Assembly (NCBI GenBank): GCA_031414775.1
Contig: JANOQI010000016.1
Span: 128,001 to 192,000 of the forward strand
Direction: 5' to 3'
Length of the DNA: 64,000 nt
Source: Synechococcales cyanobacterium VAR_4_metabat_354
GTDB lineage: Bacteria; Cyanobacteriota; Cyanobacteriia; Cyanobacteriales; Chamaesiphonaceae
Shown here: piece by piece, positions 52,316-62,884 of the stretch
Position numbering within the stretch: the first letter of the stretch is position 1
Layout: each line of letters begins with the position of its first letter
The notes under the pieces: generated by a model
Database searches by the model: none
The model's input: the letters and a program-made list of their open reading frames with translations, nothing else
What the model was told of the DNA's origin: nothing
Translations under genes and position numbers: made by a program

Positions 52316-53743
52316 ATGTCTGAAGAAAACAGCTTTTCGAGTGCCAGACATAACCAAAACTCGCCGCTCACTGGCGAGTTTTTGGCATCTAGAGTCAGTG
52401 AAAATCTGACGGTTCCCAACATTGCGGCTAATTATATTCCTCCCCAAAATATTGGTGTCGAGGAAGCAATTCTGGGTGGAATTTTGCTAGATCCGGAAGC
52501 CTATGGACGGGTGGCCGAGTTATTGGTACCCAAAGCTTTTTATATTCCGGCGCATAGTCACATCTATCAGGCGGCGGTCGAGCTGCATAGCCAAGGTAAG
52601 CCCACCGATCTTTTGAACGTTACCAATTGGCTGATCGACAACCAATTAATGGAAAAAATTGGTGGCCAAAGCAAATTAATTCAACTAGTGGAACGCACCG
52701 TCAGCGCTGTAAATATTGATTCCTTAGCTGTTTTGCTGATGGAAAAGTATGTACGGCGGGAGTTAATTCAAGCTGGTAATGATGTCAGTCAATTGGGCTA
52801 CGACACCGGAAAATCGCTAGAACAGGTGCTAGACCAGTCTGAGCAAAAGGTATTGAACATTACCCAAGTGCGTCCCCAGTCTGGTCTGACGCCGGTCAGC
52901 GAGATTGTGCTAGATACTTGTAAATCGATCGAAGCACGGCATCAAAACTTAGTGCCGCCGGGCTTGACTTGTGATTTTGCTGACTTAGATGCGATGACTG
53001 GGGGTTTTCAGCGATCAGACTTAATTGTAATTGCTGGTCGCCCCTCGATGGGAAAAACCGCCATCAGCCTCAACATTTCCTATAACATGGCGCAAATTCA
53101 CCAGTTGCCAGTCTTGGTTTTTAGTTTAGAAATGTCTAAAGATCAATTAGTTCAACGGATGCTTGCTGGCGAAGCCCGGATTGATAGTAATCGACTACGG
53201 GCTGGTCGGATCAATCAAACGGAGTGGGAGCAGGTCTATGATGCCATGGAAAAAATCGCTACTTTACCGATTTATATTGATGACACTGCGAACATGATGG
53301 TGATGCAGATGCGTAGTCAAGCACGGCGGCTGCAAGCCGAAACTGGTAAGCAGTTGGGTATGATTATGCTGGATTATTTGCAACTGATGGAGGGCAGCAG
53401 TGATAATCGGGTACAGGAAATCTCAAAAATCACGCGGAGTTTAAAGGGGCTAGCGCGGGAGTTAGATGTGCCCATTATTGCGCTGTCGCAGCTGAGCCGG
53501 AGTGTGGAAGCTCGCAATAATAAGCGTCCGATGATGTCGGATTTGAGAGAAAGTGGCAGTATTGAACAGGATGCTGACTTGGTAATTATGTTGTATCGGG
53601 ATGCTTACTATAATCCAGATACACCCGATCGAGATATTACAGAATTAATTGTGACCAAGCATCGGAATGGTCCGACGGGAGTGGTGAAGCTGGTGTTTGA
53701 CCCCGGTTTGACCAAGTTCAAGAACTTAGCCCGACCTATCTAA
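52316..53743 (+). CDS. dnaB: Replicative DNA helicase (no intein)
   Basis: PPQNI..EEAILGGIL, AGRPSMGKT, FSLEMS, DYLQLM, LSQLSRSVE, DLRESGSIEQDAD, KHRNGPTG. Confidence 0.97.
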   Translation: MSEENSFSSARHNQNSPLTGEFLASRVSENLTVPNIAANYIPPQNIGVEEAILGGILLDPEAYGRVAELLVPKAFYIPAHSHIYQAAVELHSQGKPTDLLNVTNWLIDNQLMEKIGGQSKLIQLVERTVSAVNIDSLAVLLMEKYVRRELIQAGNDVSQLGYDTGKSLEQVLDQSEQKVLNITQVRPQSGLTPVSEIVLDTCKSIEARHQNLVPPGLTCDFADLDAMTGGFQRSDLIVIAGRPSMGKTAISLNISYNMAQIHQLPVLVFSLEMSKDQLVQRMLAGEARIDSNRLRAGRINQTEWEQVYDAMEKIATLPIYIDDTANMMVMQMRSQARRLQAETGKQLGMIMLDYLQLMEGSSDNRVQEISKITRSLKGLARELDVPIIALSQLSRSVEARNNKRPMMSDLRESGSIEQDADLVIMLYRDAYYNPDTPDRDITELIVTKHRNGPTGVVKLVFDPGLTKFKNLARPI

Positions 53744-53792
53744 TGACTAAAAAATAAAATTAATTCTGTAAACCTAAACTCGATTTTTCATT

Positions 53793-55097
53793 TTATCGAC
53801 TGCGCGGCACTGGCCTTGATGGCCGCACCGGAGATGCCCCCCCAGCACTTCTCTGGGGCTTCGCCGACGAAGACCGCGCTGATTGCCCTCGTCCCTGGCC
53901 ACCCTGCCGGGACTGCCGCCCATTCGGAATCGGCTCCGCCTTAATGCGCGGATCTGGCTCAAAACCAGCCACAACTTCTTGCGGCAACGGCTGCTTAATC
54001 AACCTTTCAATATCAGCCAGCAACTTGTGTTCATCAATACAAACTAACGATGAAGCACCGCCATCGGCGCCCGCCCGACCCGTGCGACCAATGCGGTGCA
54101 CATAGTCTTCTGGTACGTTGGGTAACTCAAAGTTCACCACATGGGGCAGATCATTAATATCTAGGCCCCGCGCCGCAATATCGGTGGCTACCAACACTTG
54201 CAAACCGCCATCTTTAAATTCAGCTAAAGCCCGGGTGCGCGCTCCCTGACTCTTATTGCCGTGAATGGCCAAAGCTTTAATCCGATCTTCGGCCAGTTGC
54301 TTAACTAATCGATCGGCACCATGCTTAGTACGGGTAAACACTAACACCTGCGACCATTTGTGGGTATGAATGAGGTGAGAAAGCAACTCTCTTTTTTGCT
54401 CGCGATCGACTGGATAAACTTTCTGCGATACAGTGTCGGCGGTGATATTGCGGCGGGCAATTTCGATCATGGTGGGATTATTCAACAAACCCGCCGCCAG
54501 TTCCTTAATTTCTGAGGAGAAAGTGGCTGAGAATAGCAAATTCTGGCGATGCTTGGGTAGCAGCACCAAAATGCGTCGAATATCGCGGATAAATCCCATA
54601 TCGAGCATTCGATCGGCTTCATCCAGCACCAAGATTTCCACATGAGACAAATCTACTGTCCGCTGCTGGGCGTGATCCAACAATCGGCCCGGTGTTGCTA
54701 CCAAGATATCGATGCGGCTTTTCAACTTTTGGATTTGGGGATTGATATTTACCCCGCCAAAAATTGTCATGGAATTCAGCTTTAAATACTTGCCATACTC
54801 GGTAACACTTTCTTCTACTTGTGCCGCCAATTCGCGGGTAGGGGTTAAAATTAGCGCCCGAATCGGTAAGTTGCGGCTGATTGGACCATCGTTTTTGTTT
54901 TTTTCGGATAGTAAATGCAGAATCGGTAATGTAAAGCTAGCTGTTTTACCAGTACCAGTTTGAGCGCCAGCTAGAATATCACCACCAGCAATCGCCACGG
55001 GGATTGCCTGGAGTTGGATGGGGGTGGGTTCGGTGTATCCCCGCTCATTGACAGCCCGAATGATGGCATCGGATAGACCGAAATTAGAAAAAGACAT
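53793..55097 (-). CDS. crhC: DEAD-box RNA helicase, CrhC/RhlE-like
   Basis: [48 protein letters not shown]; Arg/Gly-rich tail. Confidence 0.85.
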   Translation of the reverse strand: MSFSNFGLSDAIIRAVNERGYTEPTPIQLQAIPVAIAGGDILAGAQTGTGKTASFTLPILHLLSEKNKNDGPISRNLPIRALILTPTRELAAQVEESVTEYGKYLKLNSMTIFGGVNINPQIQKLKSRIDILVATPGRLLDHAQQRTVDLSHVEILVLDEADRMLDMGFIRDIRRILVLLPKHRQNLLFSATFSSEIKELAAGLLNNPTMIEIARRNITADTVSQKVYPVDREQKRELLSHLIHTHKWSQVLVFTRTKHGADRLVKQLAEDRIKALAIHGNKSQGARTRALAEFKDGGLQVLVATDIAARGLDINDLPHVVNFELPNVPEDYVHRIGRTGRAGADGGASSLVCIDEHKLLADIERLIKQPLPQEVVAGFEPDPRIKAEPIPNGRQSRQGGQGRGQSARSSSAKPQRSAGGASPVRPSRPVPRSR

Positions 55098-55117
55098 GTT
55101 TAGTTTGCAGTGAGCGG

Positions 55118-56236
55118 TTATTTTTTACCAAATCCTTTGCCGACGTTGGCTTTGGTCAGAGACAAACAGTCATTTAACTGCTTTTTGAGCTGGTCATGGT
55201 CTAAGTTTTGACCAATCAGCACCAGCTTAGTAGAGGGTAAATCTGTCCATTCCCGATCATCGATCGAGAAACGCTTGCCGCAAAGATGAAAAATATGGCA
55301 ATTAGGGCTTTCATCAAACCATAGCAGACCCTTGGCGCGGAAAATGCCTTCATCCAGATGATTATCTAGAAAATATTGAAATTTCTTAATCGAGAAAGGC
55401 TGATCGCTCTGAAAAGACAGAGAAGTAAAACCATCTTGAGCCAGGTGATCAGAATGATGATGGTGATGCCCGTGGTCATGATCATCGTGTTCACAATGGT
55501 CGTGAGCATGATCGCAGTTGCTGTGATCTTCATGATCATGATGATCGTGGCCGTGATCTGCTGATCCTTCTACAAACTTATCAGACTCAAACAAGCCCAC
55601 GCTTAAAATCAGTGGCAAAGATACTTCGGAGTTTTTAGTGCGCAGGATTCTAGCGCCGGTCTTGAGATCTCTAATCCGCACTTCTAACAGATCAACATCG
55701 GCTTCATCAACCAAGTCGGTTTTGTTCAGCAACAAAATATCACCATAAGTGATTTGGTTCAGCGCTGCTTCGCTGTTAAACAAGTCCAGGCTAAAGTTGG
55801 CGGAATCTACCAGGGTGATGATTGAATCCAGGCGGGTCATGTCCCGCAACTCGGTACCCAAAAAGGTCAAAGCCAAGGGCACTGGATCGGCTAAGCCGGT
55901 GGTTTCTACTACTAGGTAATCGATCGGATCAGGCCGATTCAATATTTTGTAGACTTCCTTGACCAAATCATCATTGATCGTGCAACAGACACAGCCATTG
56001 CTCAGCTCTACCATGTTGTTATCAGCACTAGTCGCGATGATCAGATCATTATCGATCCCAATTTCTCCAAATTCATTGACCAAGACTGCGGTCTTCAAAC
56101 CCTGCTGATTGGTTAAAATATGATTTAGGAGAGTCGTTTTGCCACTGCCCAAAAAACCGGTAATAATTGTGACCGGCAAAATTGGTCGAGTAGTTTCATC
56201 GGTAGGTGACTGGGCAGAAATAGTAGCAGAAGTCAT
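55118..56236 (-). CDS. CobW/COG0523 family metallochaperone GTPase
   Basis: [36 protein letters not shown]; His/Asp-rich insert. Confidence 0.92.
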   Translation of the reverse strand: MTSATISAQSPTDETTRPILPVTIITGFLGSGKTTLLNHILTNQQGLKTAVLVNEFGEIGIDNDLIIATSADNNMVELSNGCVCCTINDDLVKEVYKILNRPDPIDYLVVETTGLADPVPLALTFLGTELRDMTRLDSIITLVDSANFSLDLFNSEAALNQITYGDILLLNKTDLVDEADVDLLEVRIRDLKTGARILRTKNSEVSLPLILSVGLFESDKFVEGSADHGHDHHDHEDHSNCDHAHDHCEHDDHDHGHHHHHSDHLAQDGFTSLSFQSDQPFSIKKFQYFLDNHLDEGIFRAKGLLWFDESPNCHIFHLCGKRFSIDDREWTDLPSTKLVLIGQNLDHDQLKKQLNDCLSLTKANVGKGFGKK

Positions 56237-56316
56237 AGGGCGTGATGAAGAGAAGAGTTGATATGATTAAGCCTAAGCGACATCATGCTAACAAGTTTAA
56301 CAAACCCCCGTTTTTT

Positions 56317-58230
56317 ATGAGCATTAGTATCTATAACACCCTGACAGCTAAAAAGGAGCCATTTAAATCGCTGTTACCCAAACAAGTGAGCATGTATTGC
56401 TGCGGTGTCACGGTTTACGATTTGTGCCATTTAGGTCATGCCCGGGCTGCGGTCATTTGGGACACTGTGCGCCGCTATTTGGAATGGCGCGGGTATGAAG
56501 TGAACTATGTCCAGAATTTTACAGATATTGATGACAAAATTCTCAACCGGGCGCAGGCCGAAGGCTTGACGATGGCCGAAGTATCAGCCAAATATATTGA
56601 AGCTTACTTTACTGATTTAGCCCGGCTCAATGTGCGTAATGCCAGCAATTATCCCCGCGCCACCGAGCATATTCCCCAAATTATTGAGCTAGTGACCGAG
56701 CTAGAGAAAAAAGGTTTGGCCTATGCGGTGGCTGGCGATGTCTATTTTCGGGTACGCCAGTTTGCCGGCTATGGAAAACTCTCTGGTCGAAAACTAGATG
56801 ATATGCAAGCTGGTGCTGGTGGCCGGGTGGCTGTCGCCACGGCGGAAAACACCATCAAAGAAGATCCTAGTGATTTTGCCCTGTGGAAAAGTGCCAAACC
56901 GGGCGAACCGGCCTGGGATTCACCTTGGGGTAAAGGCCGCCCGGGTTGGCATATTGAATGCTCGGCTATGATTCGATCGACTCTAGGGCAAACGATCGAT
57001 ATCCACTGCGGCGGTAATGATCTGATTTTTCCCCACCATGAAAATGAGATTGCCCAATCTGAAGGTGCTAATCAGCATCCCCTCTCACGCTATTGGATGC
57101 ACAACGGCATGGTGAATGTGGATGGGGAAAAGATGTCTAAATCCTTGGGCAACTTCACCACCATTCGCGATTTACTGGACAGACCCGTAGATCCAATGAT
57201 CATTCGATTATTTATTTTGACCGCTCAATATCGCAAACCAATGGATTTCACGGCAGAGGCATTAGCTAGCAACGAACGCAGCTGGCAAACCCTCAAAGAT
57301 GGCTTGCTATTTGGTCAGCGATTTGCCGATAAATTGGGCTGGGATTTGCACAAACCACCGATCTTTGCACCCATACCAATAAACACCAGCACTAAGGTTG
57401 CCGCGCAGCCCACCGCAGTCAACATTCCGTTGCCAGAGGAAATTGGCCCCGTGGTAGAAACTTTTCAAGCGTTGCCGAATGCTGTGCGACAATTCACCCA
57501 AGAATATCGAGGCTTAGTAATACTGACGATCGCTCTATTCTTTACCCAGTTTCCGGTGCGGTTCTTTTCGCGATTTTTAGGTACCTTTAATACAATACCG
57601 ATCTTGCCAAATTTACTAGAATTTGTCGGTATTGCAGTGGTAGCAAGAACTATTTTGTTTAAAAAACCTCGCGAAAATTTCTTTGCTAGCCTCCGGAAGG
57701 TTCTTAGCTATTTATTTAAAGATCGATCGCCAGTTAAAAAAGTGCAAGAAGTGACAGCCGCTGATGATATTTCTAATCCAGATGTTTCTAATGCACAGAC
57801 CCCGGCGTTCACTGAACAGCCTGCCACCATCAACCCATCTTTCCAACAATTTTGCGATGTGGTCGATGAAGATTTCAACTTTGCTGGCGGCTTGGCGGTG
57901 TTATTTGAGCTGGCCAAAGATTTAGGCAAGGCCGGAAATGTCTTAACCCACGGCGGCCAAATTGCTGATTCTGCCATGCTAGAACAGCAGTGGTATAGCT
58001 TGCAGCAGTTGGCCTCAATCTTGGGTTTAGAAGCCCAACTGACCGATGAACCAGTTCCGGCCAATGACGGTTTGGATGACCTGTCGATCGAACAACTAAT
58101 TGCTGAACGTAAAGCTGCCCGAGATTCTCAAAACTTCCAAAAAGGCGACCAAATCCGCAATGATCTAAAAGCCCAAGGCATTGTGTTGGTTGATCGCAAA
58201 GGCGAGCCGACTACTTGGTATCGCAGCTAA
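56317..58230 (+). CDS. cysS: Cysteine--tRNA ligase with internal CAAD-like membrane domain
   Basis: CGVTVYD.CHLGHAR, DFALWK, GRPGWHIECSAM, FPHHENE, KMSKS; about 160-aa insertion before the DALR region; start ATG 56317. Confidence 0.95.
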   Translation: MSISIYNTLTAKKEPFKSLLPKQVSMYCCGVTVYDLCHLGHARAAVIWDTVRRYLEWRGYEVNYVQNFTDIDDKILNRAQAEGLTMAEVSAKYIEAYFTDLARLNVRNASNYPRATEHIPQIIELVTELEKKGLAYAVAGDVYFRVRQFAGYGKLSGRKLDDMQAGAGGRVAVATAENTIKEDPSDFALWKSAKPGEPAWDSPWGKGRPGWHIECSAMIRSTLGQTIDIHCGGNDLIFPHHENEIAQSEGANQHPLSRYWMHNGMVNVDGEKMSKSLGNFTTIRDLLDRPVDPMIIRLFILTAQYRKPMDFTAEALASNERSWQTLKDGLLFGQRFADKLGWDLHKPPIFAPIPINTSTKVAAQPTAVNIPLPEEIGPVVETFQALPNAVRQFTQEYRGLVILTIALFFTQFPVRFFSRFLGTFNTIPILPNLLEFVGIAVVARTILFKKPRENFFASLRKVLSYLFKDRSPVKKVQEVTAADDISNPDVSNAQTPAFTEQPATINPSFQQFCDVVDEDFNFAGGLAVLFELAKDLGKAGNVLTHGGQIADSAMLEQQWYSLQQLASILGLEAQLTDEPVPANDGLDDLSIEQLIAERKAARDSQNFQKGDQIRNDLKAQGIVLVDRKGEPTTWYRS

Positions 58231-58241
58231 ACGCACAAACC

Positions 58242-58283
58242 AAACAAAAGCCCGACTTCTTAAAAGAAGTCGGGCTTTTGTTT
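58242..58283. terminator. Bidirectional terminator between cysS and tRNA-Ser
   Basis: AAACAAAAGCCCGACTTCTT-AA-AAGAAGTCGGGCTTTTGTTT perfect inverted repeat. Confidence 0.8.
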
Positions 58284-58288
58284 CAAAA

Positions 58289-58373
58289 CGGAGAGGGAGA
58301 GATTCGAACTCTCGGAAGCTTTCACTTCATCCGATTTCAAGTCGGACGCGATCGACCACTCTGCCACCTCTCC
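58289..58373 (-). tRNA. trnS: tRNA-Ser(TGA)
   Basis: Reverse complement GGAGAGGTGGCAGAGTGG...TCCGA-CTTGAAA-TCGGA, long variable arm GAAG-TGAAAG-CTTC, GTTCGAATC, CCTCTCCG. Confidence 0.96.
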
Positions 58374-58383
58374 AGCAGGTTTT

Positions 58384-59304
58384 TTATTGTATCACAGGAC
58401 TCAGTGCTGTTAAATAGTTCTCCGAACGCTGAATTTCGCCCTGTCGATCAATCCAAATCAAACTGGCTTCAATCACTTGGCCATCTTGCAAAGTGACAAT
58501 CGAGAAGTTATGCAGAATTGGTGGATAGTTAACAACCCGTGGACAGCGCGCCGCATTGAGATATAGAGTTTGACCAATTTGGCGAGCAGGCACCCGTAGT
58601 CGGTCGGTCGTATGACGGAGCTGATGGTGCATATGCCCAAAAGCCACCAAGGGAATTGATTTGCCTTGAGATTGCAGTCGATCGATCGCCGCTGCCAAAT
58701 CCGGGTCCCCAAAGTCGCCACCCAGCGGTGCCCAATCTCTACCACAGATATCTTCTGGTTGATCGCCCAAGCCAGTCGGCCCATTGTGTCCAATAAAAAT
58801 TAATTGCTGTGCGCTGGCACTCTCGGCGGCGGCCACAATTTTGGCGGTAGATTCCGCAAAACTGTTAATCTCAAACCTGCTCCGATAAAACTCTTGATTG
58901 CGCCACTGATCACCACCCCAGCTAAACGGACGACCACCCACCACCGCCAGATTCAGCTGCGGAAAACTGCGCTGACCATAGCCCACGTAGCTATCCCCCA
59001 ATATCTCAATTTGGGCTTGCACCCAATCCTCTTGAGATCGATCGTAAGGACATTGGCTCTTTCCCCAGCTGGTCGCACTAAACCAAGCATCATGATTACC
59101 CAAGATTACTGCTTTGGGTAATTCTAATTCGGAAACAATTTTAGCGATCGATACGTCTTCATTGCCAAAATCACCAACAAATAGCACTAAATCTACTGCT
59201 AACCTTTGCAATAACTGATTGTCAGTCAAACTCCATTGACTGTGCACATCGCCAATAATTGCAATTCGGCAGCTACTGGACGCAATGCTTGCAATATAAT
59301 TCAT
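58384..59304 (-). CDS. Metallophosphoesterase (TIGR04168-like)
   Basis: IGDVH, FVGDFGNE, ILGNHDAW, GHNGP, FGHMH; start ATG 59304 inferred. Confidence 0.85.
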   Translation of the reverse strand: MNYIASIASSSCRIAIIGDVHSQWSLTDNQLLQRLAVDLVLFVGDFGNEDVSIAKIVSELELPKAVILGNHDAWFSATSWGKSQCPYDRSQEDWVQAQIEILGDSYVGYGQRSFPQLNLAVVGGRPFSWGGDQWRNQEFYRSRFEINSFAESTAKIVAAAESASAQQLIFIGHNGPTGLGDQPEDICGRDWAPLGGDFGDPDLAAAIDRLQSQGKSIPLVAFGHMHHQLRHTTDRLRVPARQIGQTLYLNAARCPRVVNYPPILHNFSIVTLQDGQVIEASLIWIDRQGEIQRSENYLTALSPVIQ

Positions 59305-59869
59305 AAAACTTGCAGTTAAATACTGGTCAAAAACATTTTGATAAGCGCTATTTCCTGGGTATACCAGTGACAATTTGCCTGAATCTAATACGTCAAATTG
59401 CTGGCTGAATCAAGTGCCAATAATACATATTACTAATATTTTTAAATAGTAATAATTTTGGCCAAATCAATTCCGTGATATTAGTGTTTTCCATCCATTG
59501 TGTTGACCTTCCCTGCCCTTTCCGGGTTATGCCCTGAAAGACCCCGCTGAAAATTATCCTTTAGACACATGTTGATTCTGAACTTTTTAAGTAAAAGCAA
59601 TAAAGGGGTTTGCAAGTGATACATTCTAATTAAGAGTACCTGTCGCCGCACAATTAAATACTGATAAAATGATTAACATGTTGATTTAATCTATGAATTG
59701 ACAATATAATTGCCTCGGAAAGTTTACTTGCATTAAGACTTTGCACTAGTATAAAAGTATCTTATGCGATGCTTCAATTATGTCAAGCAATCACTATGCT
59801 ACATAGTTTAGACTTAATCTTTATGAAGTTTAGAGTAAACCAGTTTTGTTTAATAGGGAGTATTGAAGT

Positions 59870-60700
59870 ATGAAACATTTTTTGTTGACAATGAGCCTTT
59901 CTTGCTTTTTACCAGCAATGGTAGGAATGCCCAGTCAGGCCAGTAACCTAAATAGTCTAGATAACTTGGATGCTAGTTCGAGCCAAGCTAAATTAGTTGC
60001 TCAAGCTGTAGAAACTCCCGGTTCGCCTAGTACACCAGGCTCTACCGTAGATCCTTCGGTAGCTCCCGCAGACGATAAGTCAGCACCAGAAAAAGATAAA
60101 AAAGATAAAGCACCAAGTTCTACCACAGACCCTACGGTAGACCCAGCGGGTGACAAGGCCACCCCAGATAAAGATAAAGTAGCGCCTATTGCACCAGACG
60201 CCACCACACCTACAACACCCCTAGCTCCACCATCTGGTTCTTCCGATGCGCCAGCGGGTGATAAAGCTTCTCCTGATAAAGATAAAGTAGCACCAGGTAT
60301 CACCCCTGTGACACCTCTAGCTCCAGCTCCAGGTACCCCTGATGCGCCAGCGGGGGATAAAGCCACTCCTGATAAAGCACCAGGTTCCCCAGAGATGGTA
60401 CCTCCGGGAGCACCAGGAATTGCTCCTGCCGATGCGCCACCTCCTCCAGGATCAGTAGATCCTTCTATGTCTCCCGCGCCTGGTTCGGCACCGGCTCCTG
60501 TTAAGCCTGCCGGTGATGGTGTTCGTCGTTTTATGCGGAGCAGCGCCGAAGGCACTGGCACTCCTAATGCAGCAGCACAAGCTGAATTAGAGAAAGTTAA
60601 GGCTGAATCAGCTGCTTTCTTGGAATCTGTCAAAAACCCTAATGCTAGTCAGCTAGATCAGTCTTCTGGTGGTGCCTCTTACCCTAGCCCCACTTGGTAG
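59870..60700 (+). CDS. Secreted Pro/Ala/Asp-rich repeat protein
   Basis: Signal peptide (…PSQA), GGGAG RBS, repeated PAGDKA(T/S)PDKDKVAP units, short helical C-terminus ending in W. Confidence 0.75.
   Translation: MKHFLLTMSLSCFLPAMVGMPSQASNLNSLDNLDASSSQAKLVAQAVETPGSPSTPGSTVDPSVAPADDKSAPEKDKKDKAPSSTTDPTVDPAGDKATPDKDKVAPIAPDATTPTTPLAPPSGSSDAPAGDKASPDKDKVAPGITPVTPLAPAPGTPDAPAGDKATPDKAPGSPEMVPPGAPGIAPADAPPPPGSVDPSMSPAPGSAPAPVKPAGDGVRRFMRSSAEGTGTPNAAAQAELEKVKAESAAFLESVKNPNASQLDQSSGGASYPSPTW
60065..60386 (+). repeat. Four imperfect intragenic repeats (PAxDKxxPxKDKxAP)
   Basis: CCAGCGGG(T/G)GA(C/T)AA..GC...CC.GATAAAG copies at about 60143, 60251, 60347 and a more degenerate copy at about 60065. 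Confidence 0.75.
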
Positions 60701-60776
60701 AAAATACCAAACTGATTGATGCATAACAGCTTGCTCAACTTAATCGATTGTCAATACCAAACTAACAGCGAACATT

Positions 60777-62144
60777 ATGGCGAATAAATTTAAAACTACT
60801 ACTACCATTGGCCTGGGACTAGCCAGTCTGGCTCTCACTGGCCTAACGGCTCAGACAGCTAAAGCTGATGAATTTGGCAACAATGTTGTCCAATTTGATA
60901 CCGAAACTGCCGTTGAATTTGAAGTAATCGAATCCCATGGCGCTTACAAGTCGATCTTTGGCGTTATGGATCTCAACACTGGAGCTAAAACACTCCTAAT
61001 TAAAGAAGAAAAGGCAGCAGACAGCGATGATCGAGATGTGAACAAGGCTAGTGACTTTCTGGGTACTCCTGGAAATACGCTCAACCCACCCAAGAACGTC
61101 TTTAAATTTCAGGCCAACACGCCTTACACCTTTTTTCTAGAGTCCCGAAATGGTAGTGGTCGGGTGGTTTCGACAGTCTATTCCACTAGTTCTAAGAACA
61201 CTAAGAGCAGCGTGCAGGCGCAGTTCGACAAAGATTTTTCGGGTCTTTCTAACCAAGGCGTGAAAATTAGTTGGGATGATTCGGTCAAAAAGGGCGGTGC
61301 TGGAACTGACTATAACGACTTTGTGGTGATTGCCGGTGGTGTTGGCAATAGCGCTGCTGCTCAGCCAGTTGATCCTGCTACTCAAGAAGTTGAGGGTCAG
61401 TTGGGTAGCCTAGGTTCTAAGGAATTTCCTTCTAACATTCCAGTAGCTGGTTCCAGTATCTCCCCTGGTTTGAGCATCAACAACCCGATCGGTTTTGGCG
61501 CTGATGGCAACATTGGCTTCATCTCTGGTAGCTTTCAATCTAGATCACGTTTTACTGAACAATCAGACGGTGAACTTGGTATCGGCGTGGGCTTAGGTAA
61601 CGCGATCGATTCAGTGGGCTTAGAAGTTGCCTATACCTTAAACAGTTTTGGTAGTAGCCAGTCTTTTGGTAATGGTGGTTTTAGTGCCAAGCTGCACAAG
61701 CGGATTGCTGATGATACAGCGATTGCGATCGGCTGGAACCAATTCGCTAATATTGGTTTTACTGATGTTCCTCGGAACTCCTACTACGCAGTAGGCACCC
61801 AGATTCTACGTACTACCGATAACATCGATAGTTTCTTGAGTCGGATTGCTCTATCCGTTGGGGTGGGCGGTGGCCAATTCCTTTCCCAAGAAACTCTTAC
61901 TAATACCCCTCCCGGCGAGAGTCCTAGCGGCGTGAATGTGTTTGGTTCTGCGGCTTTCCGCCTTGCCAAACCAGTGAGCGCAATTGTAGAATGGACCGGA
62001 CAAGACTTGGCTGCTGGCCTATCGATCGCTCCTTTTGGCGATAGCTTCCCATTGGTAATTACACCAGCCTTCCGTGATATTACTGGTGTTACTGGTGAAA
62101 GTGCTAGATTTGTATTGGGTGTCGGTACTTCTTTCAGATTTTAA
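60777..62144 (+). CDS. Probable outer-membrane beta-barrel protein with N-terminal beta-rich (DUF4114-like) domain
   Basis: Signal peptide (…TAKA), N-domain ending ISWDD…DYNDFVV, alternating hydrophobic beta strands, C-terminal FVLGVGTSFRF with terminal Phe. Confidence 0.7.
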   Translation: MANKFKTTTTIGLGLASLALTGLTAQTAKADEFGNNVVQFDTETAVEFEVIESHGAYKSIFGVMDLNTGAKTLLIKEEKAADSDDRDVNKASDFLGTPGNTLNPPKNVFKFQANTPYTFFLESRNGSGRVVSTVYSTSSKNTKSSVQAQFDKDFSGLSNQGVKISWDDSVKKGGAGTDYNDFVVIAGGVGNSAAAQPVDPATQEVEGQLGSLGSKEFPSNIPVAGSSISPGLSINNPIGFGADGNIGFISGSFQSRSRFTEQSDGELGIGVGLGNAIDSVGLEVAYTLNSFGSSQSFGNGGFSAKLHKRIADDTAIAIGWNQFANIGFTDVPRNSYYAVGTQILRTTDNIDSFLSRIALSVGVGGGQFLSQETLTNTPPGESPSGVNVFGSAAFRLAKPVSAIVEWTGQDLAAGLSIAPFGDSFPLVITPAFRDITGVTGESARFVLGVGTSFRF

Positions 62145-62173
62145 GCATACATATTTTATTTAGGAGAAATCAA

Positions 62174-62653
62174 ATGAAAAAAATTCTTGCCAGTATAGCC
62201 TCAGTGACAGCTGTTTGTTTAGCAGCAGCCCCCTCCCTTGCTACTCCGCACAATCCTTCTTCAGCACCAGCAACTGTTTCCGTTTCTGGAGGGACACACA
62301 GTACTGGCAGTGCGCCCGCCCCAATGGCTCCATCACCTTCAATGGGAGGTTCTGCTCCTAGTGGTGTCGGTCCTGGTGCCAATGGTAGTAACTTTGGCGG
62401 CACCGGAAACACCGGCTCGGTCGCACCTCGTGTTAATGGTGGTACTGCTAGTAGTAATCCTAGCGCTGGTTCTGGTGGAACTGCTAGATTCAGTCCAGGT
62501 GTACTAGCTCAAGCGCAGTCCTTGCAGCAAAGATTGTCAGCTGCTAGAGCGGCTGTTGAGCAAGGTGGCCCGGAAGCTTCCATCGAAACTATTCCTGTTG
62601 CTGGAGAGCCAACTGTACCACCTAACACCAAGATAATTCGTGGTCGCGGTTAG
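62174..62653 (+). CDS. Secreted Gly/Ser/Pro-rich hypothetical protein
   Basis: MKKILASIASVTAVCLAAAPSLA signal, AGGAG RBS. Confidence 0.75.
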   Translation: MKKILASIASVTAVCLAAAPSLATPHNPSSAPATVSVSGGTHSTGSAPAPMAPSPSMGGSAPSGVGPGANGSNFGGTGNTGSVAPRVNGGTASSNPSAGSGGTARFSPGVLAQAQSLQQRLSAARAAVEQGGPEASIETIPVAGEPTVPPNTKIIRGRG

Positions 62654-62749
62654 TAATTCAACTACACTATATTGAGGTTTTCTAGTATTTTAGTTAAGAA
62701 AGCTAAACCTTAAGAAGTTAGTTAAACATCATCTAATTGTTAAGGTAAG

Positions 62750-62780
62750 TGAAGCAGGGACGAATCCCTGCTTCATTTTT
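62750..62780 (+). terminator. Rho-independent terminator
   Basis: TGAAGCAGGGA-CGAA-TCCCTGCTTCA followed by TTTTT. Confidence 0.8.
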
Positions 62781-62884
62781 GTTTATCAATCACCTAGACT
62801 AACTAATACCAGATGGAATAAAATCATCATCATTGTCAGAAAGTGTGTAGCGTTGTTCTGACATACCTAATTTAGGGGAAATCA

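Noticed and set aside
52316..53743. Intein in DnaB, common in cyanobacteria
   Set aside because: The insertion site motif DLRESGSIEQDAD is contiguous and the length is normal.
60001..60633. 210-aa antisense ORF
   Set aside because: Shadow of the Pro-rich repeat gene; the + ORF has the RBS and signal peptide.
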